Shown one piece after another: positions 1-6,451 of a stretch of 64,000 bases of DNA. The notes under the pieces were generated by a model that saw only the letters and a program-made list of their open reading frames with translations, did no database searches and was not told the origin of the DNA. Positions within the stretch are counted from its first letter, which is position 1; every line of letters begins with the position of its first letter. The DNA lies in the IMG/VR virus record IMGVR_UViG_3300023184_000024, positions 124,001 through 188,000 of that record; one strand, 5' to 3'. The position numbers were made by a program, and so were the translations under genes.

Positions 1-15
1 TTTAAGGAGAAGTGT

Positions 16-210
16 ATGAAGCACAAGATGATCGTGCCACAACGTAACCCCTTCGTTGTGTTGGCACTAAAACGCAAAGCGGGTAGTCATCGCAAGAGCA
101 ACAAAGCTCTGCGTCGATGCGAAAAATCTAGGGATCGTGGTGAAGCGGTATCACAGCAGACTTTTAATCTGCCAATCCCGAGTTCGAATCTCGGCGGTCC
201 CACCATATAA
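16..210 (+). CDS. small basic protein whose reading frame runs through tRNA-Lys
   Basis: AAGGAG at 4-9, 6 nt before ATG; Lys/Arg-rich first 38 codons; no stop until 208-210, after the tRNA CCA. Confidence 0.55.
   Translation: MKHKMIVPQRNPFVVLALKRKAGSHRKSNKALRRCEKSRDRGEAVSQQTFNLPIPSSNLGGPTI
131..205 (+). tRNA. tRNA-Lys(TTT)
   Basis: cloverleaf, GCAGA-CT TTT AA-TCTGC, TTCGAAT loop, CCA. Confidence 0.95.
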
Positions 211-271
211 AAACACATTGGTGTTGGTTTAACAAATAAGTAAACCTAGTTATAGTGTGTTTCTATATGGT
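202..271 (+). repeat. inverted-repeat stem, copy 1 of AAACACAYT/AGTGTGTTT element
   Basis: ACCATATA-A-AAACACATT pairs with AGTGTGTTT-C-TATATGGT. Confidence 0.7.
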
Positions 272-277
272 AGAGTT

Positions 278-367
278 GGAACGGTCCCATAATGGTATTG
301 GAGCGGATTGCTAATCCGTCGAGTGGTGAAAGCCGCTTTCTGGGTTCAAGTCCCAGTCGTTCCGCCA
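278..367 (+). tRNA. tRNA-Ser(GCT)
   Basis: cloverleaf with long variable arm, anticodon GCT, G73, CCA. Confidence 0.95.
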
Positions 368-374
368 ACATTTT

Positions 375-450
<76 letters not shown>

Positions 451-457
451 AACATAT

Positions 458-533
<76 letters not shown>

Positions 534-541
534 ATTTCTTA

Positions 542-633
542 ACCTCGGTAGTTTAACGGTAAAACAGCGGATTTATATCCCGTGCGCAACAGATAATTGG
601 CCAATGTGGGTTCAACTCCCGCCCGAGGTACCA
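542..633 (+). tRNA. tRNA-Ile(TAT) with atypical 22-nt variable arm
   Basis: ACCTCGG/CCGAGGT acceptor, loop TT TAT AT, T arm GTGGG-TTCAACT-CCCGC, A73, CCA. Confidence 0.85.
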
Positions 634-641
634 TCAAGTTT

Positions 642-715
642 GTATCCATAGTGTAATGGCAGCATCGCGGTCTCCAAAACCGTCAGTCTAGGTTCGAGTC
701 CTAGTGGGTACGCCA
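642..715 (+). tRNA. tRNA-Trp(CCA)
   Basis: GCGGT-CT CCA AA-ACCGT, G73, CCA. Confidence 0.95.
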
Positions 716-731
716 AATAAAGGAGCATAGT

Positions 732-1337
732 ATGCCAGCAGTATTTTTAGTCAGTGATACACACTTCGGACACGCTGGTGTGTGTCGCTTCATGCACCCC
801 GATGATCCTGAAGTAAAATTACGGCCGTGGACTGATCCCGATGAGATGGATGAGGAAATGGTGCGACGATGGAACGACCGTGTGCGACCCAACGACAAGG
901 TCTACCATTTGGGCGATGTTGTCATCAACCGTAAGGCCATGAAAACCTTGCATCGCTTGAATGGTGACAAGGTGTTGATACGCGGCAACCATGACATCTT
1001 CCGTGACGAGGAGTACAGAGAACACTTTCGTGAGTTGCGAGCATACCATGTCATGAACGGAATGATCTTGAGTCATATTCCTGTGCACGAAGCCAGCTTG
1101 GGCAGGTTTGGTACAAACATTCACGGACACTTGCACGCCAGTCGTGTAAAGAAAGTGCGTGGCTACGATGTCGAAACAGGTACCATGTTGTACAGCAACG
1201 AGATTGATCCACGCTACCATTGTGTCTGCGTAGAACAAACCGACTACACGCCCATCTTGTTTGAAGATGTGATCAAACGCATTGAAGCAGAAGGCGGTAG
1301 TGTGGGATTTAAAAACGGCAACGGACCAACTATGTAA
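732..1337 (+). CDS. calcineurin-like metallophosphoesterase
   Basis: SDTHFGH, HLGD, RGNHD, HGHLH motifs; AAGGAG RBS. Confidence 0.9.
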   Translation: MPAVFLVSDTHFGHAGVCRFMHPDDPEVKLRPWTDPDEMDEEMVRRWNDRVRPNDKVYHLGDVVINRKAMKTLHRLNGDKVLIRGNHDIFRDEEYREHFRELRAYHVMNGMILSHIPVHEASLGRFGTNIHGHLHASRVKKVRGYDVETGTMLYSNEIDPRYHCVCVEQTDYTPILFEDVIKRIEAEGGSVGFKNGNGPTM

Positions 1338-1342
1338 TACAT

Positions 1343-1417
1343 CGCGGGGTGGAGAAGTGGTAACTCATCGGGCTCATAACCCGAAGATCGACGGTTCGAA
1401 TCCGTCCCCCGCAACCA
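1343..1417 (+). tRNA. initiator tRNA-fMet(CAT)
   Basis: C1:A72 mismatch, GGG/CCC anticodon stem, CAT, CCA. Confidence 0.95.
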
Positions 1418-1418
1418 A

Positions 1419-1883
1419 TTACTGAGTAATTTGCCCTGTTACAGCATCCACATGCACAGGTTGGCGATCAGCAAATGTAAAATCATAAAAAGGATTGCCT
1501 CGATAATCAACAGTTTGGCGTAATCTACAGAACAACCAAACATTTGTGATACCTGCTTTGGTCATAGCCTGTTGTGCTTGAGCACAACTCAGTGTAGGTG
1601 GATATACAAATGCCTGACACTCAGCCACACGAGAGTCATCAAAAGTGGGACCAGTGGCATTGCCCGTAATGTCAACAGTTATAGCATAAGGCTTGGTATC
1701 TTCGGATCCTTGCCAGCAGGTATACATAGTGCCATTATGGTCAGCCTCAGCAAGATAAAATTTAGATCCGTTTTGATGTAGATCCATAAGGCTTTTGGCT
1801 CCCCAGATCTGTTGATCAAAACTCAAGGGAGACAACAACCTTAGTCGTCGTAAATACTGTTTTATACGTGTTATTATTGACAT
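1419..1883 (-). CDS. hypothetical protein
   Basis: 154-aa ORF with upstream AAAGGA and TAAATA on minus strand; C-terminal VHVDAVTGQI is PepSY-like. Confidence 0.65.
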   Translation of the reverse strand: MSIITRIKQYLRRLRLLSPLSFDQQIWGAKSLMDLHQNGSKFYLAEADHNGTMYTCWQGSEDTKPYAITVDITGNATGPTFDDSRVAECQAFVYPPTLSCAQAQQAMTKAGITNVWLFCRLRQTVDYRGNPFYDFTFADRQPVHVDAVTGQITQ

Positions 1884-1936
1884 AATTACATTTCCTTTTG
1901 TTGATAATACTTATTTAATTAATGTTAAACATCAAT

Positions 1937-2011
1937 GCCTGGTTAGTTCAGCGGTAGAACTCCGTCTTTACACGGCGGCTGTCGGCGGTTCGATCCCGTC
2001 ACCAGGTACCA
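1937..2011 (+). tRNA. tRNA-Val(TAC)
   Basis: CCGTC-TT TAC AC-GGCGG, CCA. Confidence 0.95.
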
Positions 2012-2068
2012 ATTTGACATTTAGCCTAATAGGTTGAATATTTTCAGTACTCAACTGTATAATTGTAT

Positions 2069-2797
2069 ATGTTGAAATATGTGTTATTAACTCTAGCAAT
2101 GATTGCCCCGGCCACAACTGTGGCTGATTGGGAATGGTCAAACAATTTAACTGCCAAAAGTTGGTTGGTTGCAGACGGCAACGGAGTAATACTCCAAAGC
2201 AATAACATCAATGAATCTAGAAGCATTGCCAGCATTACCAAGTTGATGACAGCAATGACTGTGATCGACGCTGGGCAGAACCCAAAAGAAATCATAGGGA
2301 AGTTTACCAGAGCACAGCATATACAGTTGGCTCTTGTTAGATCCAGCAATGAATCTGCTATTGCATTATGCGACAAATATCCTGGCGGGAAACCCAGTTG
2401 TATTAGAGACATGAATCAAAAAGCAATAGCAATGGGCATGCACAACACTAAGTTTGTTGAAGCGTCTGGCCTGAGTCCAATGAACATCAGTACTGCAACT
2501 GATTTATTAGAATTAGTTCTTTCGGCTAGTTATTACCCCGAAATTGTCAAAGCAAGTAAAACTCCACAAATAAAAATTCAAATCAGAAAGCAGTGGCTTT
2601 TCTTTGACAATACCAATCCAATCATCGGCAAACGCCATAATTTCATTGTGAGTAAAACTGGCATAACAAATGCCGCAGGCGGGTGTATTGTAATGATGCT
2701 AGACACCGAAGTCGGAAGGCGTGTTGTTGTTGTGCTCGGAAGCAAGAACGGCCAGACTAGGATACCCGAAGCTGAGTTTATTGCAACTCAGCACTGA
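2069..2797 (+). CDS. D-alanyl-D-alanine carboxypeptidase/endopeptidase (peptidase S11)
   Basis: signal peptide, SITK (SxxK), SSN (SxN), KTG motifs. Confidence 0.9.
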   Translation: MLKYVLLTLAMIAPATTVADWEWSNNLTAKSWLVADGNGVILQSNNINESRSIASITKLMTAMTVIDAGQNPKEIIGKFTRAQHIQLALVRSSNESAIALCDKYPGGKPSCIRDMNQKAIAMGMHNTKFVEASGLSPMNISTATDLLELVLSASYYPEIVKASKTPQIKIQIRKQWLFFDNTNPIIGKRHNFIVSKTGITNAAGGCIVMMLDTEVGRRVVVVLGSKNGQTRIPEAEFIATQH

Positions 2798-2827
2798 TTG
2801 TGTTGTATTTAAACAACACCTATGTGG

Positions 2828-2856
2828 TTGACCAGAAATGCTCATTTTGCTATAAT
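2828..2856 (+). promoter_or_regulatory. sigma70-type promoter P1 of RNA operon
   Basis: TTGACC-17-TATAAT with extended -10 TG. Confidence 0.85.
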
Positions 2857-2925
2857 AGAAACAAGTTAAGAAATTAACTGATGTTGCAAAAGACCCAGGA
2901 AGTTGTAGGGTTTTTGCAAAATGAA

Positions 2926-2954
2926 TTGACCGGTATATGCCATTGTGTTATACT
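2926..2954 (+). promoter_or_regulatory. sigma70-type promoter P2 of RNA operon
   Basis: TTGACC-17-TATACT with extended -10 TG. Confidence 0.8.
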
Positions 2955-2979
2955 AGAGACTAGTTAGAAATTAACTAGA

Positions 2980-2991
2980 TGTTCTTTAAAA
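2980..2991 (+). promoter_or_regulatory. boxA-like antitermination site
   Basis: TGTTCTTTAAAA, right after a hairpin downstream of P2; resembles rrn boxA TGCTCTTTAACA. Confidence 0.7.
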
Positions 2992-3029
2992 AATTATTTT
3001 TCGTATAGTAGTCTCGGACTAGTTCCGGG

Positions 3030-3274
3030 CACTATATGTAAACGCATCGGGTTACCAACCCAGTAGGCAACTTGGCAAGAGACTAATCTGTGGCCGCACA
3101 GACTCTTCCAAGTTACATGAAAGATGGAAACGAAGCCGCAAGGTGGATACTGTACAATCGCGCTGGAACTAGTTGGTCTGTAATGTGTTTGGCAAACAAG
3201 TCCGTGGACGGCACGGTAGGGCAGGTTTAAAACTGCGATCGTTGTCAAACATCCCTATGTGTTTTCATATAGTG
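3030..3274 (+). ncRNA. unidentified structured RNA, about 245 nt (contains copy 2 of the stem element)
   Basis: closing stem CACTATATG-T-AAACGCAT / ATGTGTTT-T-CATATAGTG, with several internal hairpins and GNRA loops. Confidence 0.7.
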
Positions 3275-3280
3275 AATTTT

Positions 3281-3416
3281 TAATGTTGTTAGTTCTGCCT
3301 TCTGTAAGCCCTGGGGGAAACGTCAACCCTGAGTAACTATGTGTATAAACGGTACGTCCGGCCGGCAATTCCGTTGAGCATAGCAAATAGTATAGTTGGC
3401 AGAACTAACAATATTA
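3281..3416 (+). ncRNA. unidentified structured RNA, about 136 nt
   Basis: 19-bp terminal stem 3281-3299/3398-3416, inner CTATG/CATAG and AACGG/CCGTT helices. Confidence 0.6.
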
Positions 3417-3492
3417 GGTCTTAAAGTGTTCATGGACGCACGACGGCTTGTCACGCCGTAAGAGTGGGGATCGTTACCCCCTAAGACCGCCA
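3417..3492 (+). tRNA. tRNA-Asp(GTC)
   Basis: ACGGC-TT GTC AC-GCCGT, G73, CCA; atypical T loop ATCGTTA. Confidence 0.9.
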
Positions 3493-3497
3493 AGTTT

Positions 3498-3569
3498 TGT
3501 GGTAAGGAAAGTAAAAGGAGAATGGGCAAGTTGTTGGCTAGTCAACAACCAGATACCTCACCTGCCACA
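3498..3569 (+). ncRNA. small hairpin RNA candidate
   Basis: TGTGGTA/TGCCACA closing stem, GTTGTTGGC/GTCAACAAC apical stem. Confidence 0.4.
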
Positions 3570-3580
3570 TTTTAATTTTT

Positions 3581-3644
3581 GAGAGCCACATCGCCTGGAT
3601 ACCTCCTCCTCTTAGGAGCACTGGGTCCTGCAACCGTGGCTCTC
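3581..3644 (+). ncRNA. small hairpin RNA candidate with anti-SD-like motif
   Basis: GAGAGCCAC/GTGGCTCTC stem, CTCCT/AGGAG apical stem. Confidence 0.5.
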
Positions 3645-3652
3645 CCTTATTT

Positions 3653-3727
3653 GCTCGATTCGTCTATCGGTTAGGACATGCGGTTTTCATCCGCATAAGA
3701 GCGGTTCGACTCCGCTATCGAGTACCA
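3653..3727 (+). tRNA. tRNA-Glu(TTC)
   Basis: TGCGG-TT TTC AT-CCGCA, CCA. Confidence 0.95.
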
Positions 3728-3732
3728 TACAT

Positions 3733-3817
3733 GGAGATGCCGCCGCAATGGTGTGGCAGGGGACTGTAAATCCTCCGACTTCGGTCACGATAGGTTCGAT
3801 CCCTATCATCTCCACCA
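3733..3817 (+). tRNA. tRNA-Tyr(GTA)
   Basis: GGGGA-CT GTA AA-TCCTC, long variable arm, CCA. Confidence 0.95.
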
Positions 3818-4010
3818 GAACGTTCCGAGTGTCTTCGGATACTGTGACCCGCAGGATGAGAAGTAGTGTGACAACTACGGGTGGTAGTCTTCGAACCTAA
3901 AGGCCGCTGGCAATGCGAGAACTGTCCCTGTCGGGAAGCGGGTGGAAGGTACGTGTGAGGGGTATGATAGCGTCATATCTTTCTGTACTATAATTACCGC
4001 CGGGGGATGC
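3818..4010 (+). ncRNA. unidentified structured, probably pseudoknotted RNA, about 190 nt
   Basis: UUCG-capped hairpin, GTAGT/ACTAC hairpin, 3880-3888/3993-4001 stem, crossing ACCCGC/GCGGGT pairing. Confidence 0.65.
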
Positions 4011-4011
4011 A

Positions 4012-4084
4012 GAGCATATTGAAGCACATTGTGTGTCGGCTTGCTGATAAACTTTAAGTAGAGATAGTGTGTTTCAATATGCTT
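4012..4084 (+). repeat. inverted-repeat stem, copy 3 of AAACACAYT/AGTGTGTTT element
   Basis: GAGCATATTGAAGCACATT pairs with AGTGTGTTTCAATATGCTT. Confidence 0.7.
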
Positions 4085-4089
4085 TTTAT

Positions 4090-4167
4090 GCACAGGTGGC
4101 AGAGTGGTCCAATGCAACGGATTGCAAATCCGTAAAACCGTGAGTTCAAATCTCACCCTGTGTTCCA
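4090..4167 (+). tRNA. tRNA-Cys(GCA)
   Basis: ACGGA-TT GCA AA-TCCGT, U73, CCA. Confidence 0.95.
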
Positions 4168-4175
4168 ATAAGGTT

Positions 4176-4251
4176 GCCTCCATAGCTCAGTTGGTAGAGC
4201 ACTGTGTTGATAACGCAGTGGTCCCTGGTTCGAGTCCAGGTGGCGGCACCA
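4176..4251 (+). tRNA. tRNA-Ile(GAT)
   Basis: CTGTG-TT GAT AA-CGCAG, CCA. Confidence 0.95.
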
Positions 4252-4266
4252 TGTAAGATATAAATT

Positions 4267-4340
4267 GCGGGGTTCGTATAGTGGTAATACCTCAGCCTTC
4301 CAAGCTGATGCGGAGAGTTCGATTCTCTTACCCCGCTCCA
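4267..4340 (+). tRNA. tRNA-Gly(TCC)
   Basis: TCAGC-CT TCC AA-GCTGA, U73, CCA. Confidence 0.95.
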
Positions 4341-4345
4341 TACAC

Positions 4346-4541
4346 CCGGTTACACTTTGACGTCTAAAGTGGGTGGGGCAGTCACCATAGAAAGTGCTGG
4401 GTTTGTAGTGCAACGACCATCCGTACTCTGTCGTGGAGTGGCGGGAACGCATTAGGGGGAGAACACAACTTAAACCCAAAGCGAAAAATGTGTGGACAGA
4501 GTAACAGCTCGGTCCGGGGCCTATGTGGTGTAGGTAGCCGG
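4346..4541 (+). ncRNA. unidentified multi-branched RNA, about 196 nt
   Basis: CCGGTTAC/GTAGCCGG closing stem; CACTTT/AAAGTG, GGTG/CACC, TGGGTTT/AAACCCA, TAGTGC/GCATTA, GGAC/GTCC helices. Confidence 0.7.
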
Positions 4542-4554
4542 ACACTTATAAAAT

Positions 4555-4630
4555 GCGGGATTAGCTCAGTTGGTAGAGCGATACCTTGCCAAGGTATAGG
4601 TCGAGAGTTCGAGCCTCTTATCCCGCTCCA
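4555..4630 (+). tRNA. tRNA-Gly(GCC)
   Basis: ATACC-TT GCC AA-GGTAT, CCA. Confidence 0.95.
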
Positions 4631-5424
4631 TCAAATTCTAAATACTCAAATTCCAATGTTGGTTGTTGTACTGCAATCAGTAGATCGTCAGTGTTGACGA
4701 CTCGCCCCACAACCGGGTGTCCGGTGAATTGTTTTATTTTTTCAATTCCGTGTGTGGCAACAAACTCTGGTGCATGAGTATTGAACCAGTTGATGTAACT
4801 GTTCCAATCAAAATAATTGTCAGTGCCTGTGTTAGTATTGATTACTAGATTAATGCCGGGCTTGACTTGATCATGGAAGCGGCAAGTTTGCATGACGTTG
4901 GTGTCGTCTTGTTGTTCATACAGATACAACGGATGATGCCCTACATGCGGATTTTGCAAACGTATATCACCAAATTCAAGATTGATCTTGGCAGGGTATT
5001 CCAGTGGATCTATTGCAAACATTGTATCGTTGAACCATTCAATCTGCAACCAACTATTACGAAGGCTTCCGCTTTCAAGTGCGTGTAGTGCAAAATGTAG
5101 TTCGTGTAATATGTCATCATGTTCTGCAGGTATGTTTTCAAATCCATTGGCAAGATAAGCTTCAATGTCCTTGTGTAATTTTGTGGTCACTGCAACATTG
5201 TAAGAGTCACGTTGCCAATCCCAACCCAATTCTTGTTTGGCACGATGCACAAGTTTTTCAAAATATTGTATGGTGTATTTTTGAGGATCACGAAAAATAG
5301 CGTGTGGGTCAACGGTCCATTGTTGTTTAATCAAAGATAGATATTTCTTTGCCAAATTTGTATCGTTTAACTTGCAATACAAGGGCGGAATGTTATAAAA
5401 TTTTACAACAAAATCATGAGTCAT
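4618..5424 (-). CDS. hypothetical protein
   Basis: 268-aa ORF, TAAATA just upstream; stop lies within tRNA-Gly 3' end. Confidence 0.75.
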   Translation of the reverse strand: MTHDFVVKFYNIPPLYCKLNDTNLAKKYLSLIKQQWTVDPHAIFRDPQKYTIQYFEKLVHRAKQELGWDWQRDSYNVAVTTKLHKDIEAYLANGFENIPAEHDDILHELHFALHALESGSLRNSWLQIEWFNDTMFAIDPLEYPAKINLEFGDIRLQNPHVGHHPLYLYEQQDDTNVMQTCRFHDQVKPGINLVINTNTGTDNYFDWNSYINWFNTHAPEFVATHGIEKIKQFTGHPVVGRVVNTDDLLIAVQQPTLEFEYLEFDGAG

Positions 5425-5460
5425 TGATTATTTACAAGTTATTTTTGAACCGTTAGTTTT

Positions 5461-5535
5461 CTGGCCATAGTATAATGGATAATACAGCGGCCTTCTAAGC
5501 CGTCAATCTAGGTTCGATTCCTAGTGGCCGGACCA
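5461..5535 (+). tRNA. tRNA-Arg(TCT)
   Basis: GCGGC-CT TCT AA-GCCGT, CCA. Confidence 0.95.
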
Positions 5536-5545
5536 ATTAACCCGT

Positions 5546-5621
5546 GGGGGTGTAGCTCAGTTGGGAGAGCGTTTGCTTTGCAAGCAAAATGTCGCAGGTT
5601 CGATCCCTGTCACCTCCACCA
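5546..5621 (+). tRNA. tRNA-Ala(TGC)
   Basis: G3:U70, TTTGC-TT TGC AA-GCAAA, CCA. Confidence 0.95.
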
Positions 5622-5668
5622 TTTAATAATATTGTCACATTTAAAATGATATATACAGGTATACAACC

Positions 5669-6103
5669 ATGCTACATTTAATCAAAAGCGTCACTGACTC
5701 CTTAATGGACTTTCTCAGTCAAGATCCTGTGCGTCCGCACATTCCCAGATCTGTTAGAGTTGGCAATAATCGAGACATTTTTGTGGCTCGCAAAGACGAT
5801 CAAAGCGTCAAAGCAATAACCTGTGTTAGTTATCAAAACATAATCCCCACTTCCGAAGGTGAATTGTTTGAACTCACCGAGTCTCCAGATGTTGTGGTAT
5901 TTTACACTATCTGGAGTTACGAGCCAGGTGCAGGTCGCGAGTTAATTTTTGAAGCCCGGGATTGGATTCAAAAAAATCGACCCGAAATTAAAAGATTTGT
6001 TACTCTAAGCCCTCCCACAGAAATGGCTCGTCGGTTTCACATCAAGAATGGTGCATTAGTACATCGCATCAATCCCGAAACTGTTAACTACGAGTATCAG
6101 TGA
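5669..6103 (+). CDS. hypothetical protein, GNAT-like fold
   Basis: VFYTIWS..GAGRELI, FVTLSP, ARRFHIKNGA motifs. Confidence 0.6.
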   Translation: MLHLIKSVTDSLMDFLSQDPVRPHIPRSVRVGNNRDIFVARKDDQSVKAITCVSYQNIIPTSEGELFELTESPDVVVFYTIWSYEPGAGRELIFEARDWIQKNRPEIKRFVTLSPPTEMARRFHIKNGALVHRINPETVNYEYQ

Positions 6104-6111
6104 TCCTATAT

Positions 6112-6189
6112 TGGGGTTTCGCCAAGTTGGTCTAAGGCACCGGATTTTGATTCCGGCATCCCTAGGTTCGAATCCTAGAACCCCAGCCA
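6112..6189 (+). tRNA. tRNA-Gln(TTG)
   Basis: U1-A72, CCGGA-TT TTG AT-TCCGG, CCA. Confidence 0.95.
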
Positions 6190-6264
6190 GGTAATGTAGC
6201 ATAATGGTAGTGCACCTCCTTCATACGGAGCAAAGTGCTAGTTCGACTCTAGTCATTACCACCA
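6190..6264 (+). tRNA. tRNA with CAT anticodon (elongator Met, or Ile2)
   Basis: GGTAATG/CATTACC acceptor, loop TT CAT AC, CCA; directly abuts tRNA-Gln. Confidence 0.85.
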
Positions 6265-6269
6265 AAATT

Positions 6270-6346
6270 CGGAGTGTAGCACAGCCCGGTAGTGCGCCTG
6301 CTTTGGGAGCAGGAGGTCCAAGGTTCGAATCCTTGTATTCCGACCA
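6270..6346 (+). tRNA. tRNA-Pro(TGG)
   Basis: C1-G72, CCTGC-TT TGG GA-GCAGG, CCA. Confidence 0.95.
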
Positions 6347-6353
6347 TTTTTAC

Positions 6354-6429
6354 GGAGTTGTTAGTGTAACGGTTAACACCACGGATTGTGATTCCGTTAA
6401 TACGGGTTCGATTCCCGTACGACTCCCCA
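6354..6429 (+). tRNA. tRNA-His(GTG)
   Basis: encoded G-1:C73, ACGGA-TT GTG AT-TCCGT, CCA. Confidence 0.95.
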
Positions 6430-6451
6430 AAGCTCAAGATAAATAATTTAT

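Noticed and set aside
3224-3240. TTAAAACTGCGA match to a stretch of E. coli 6S RNA as recalled
   Set aside because: Too short, and the surrounding fold is branched rather than rod-like; likely chance
3030-4541. RNase P RNA, SRP RNA, hammerhead or HDV/theta ribozyme, group I intron
   Set aside because: The diagnostic cores (GAGGAAAGUCC, the SRP domain IV loop, CUGANGA/GAAA, nested HDV pseudoknot, P7 elements) were not found by eye; needs cmscan to exclude fully
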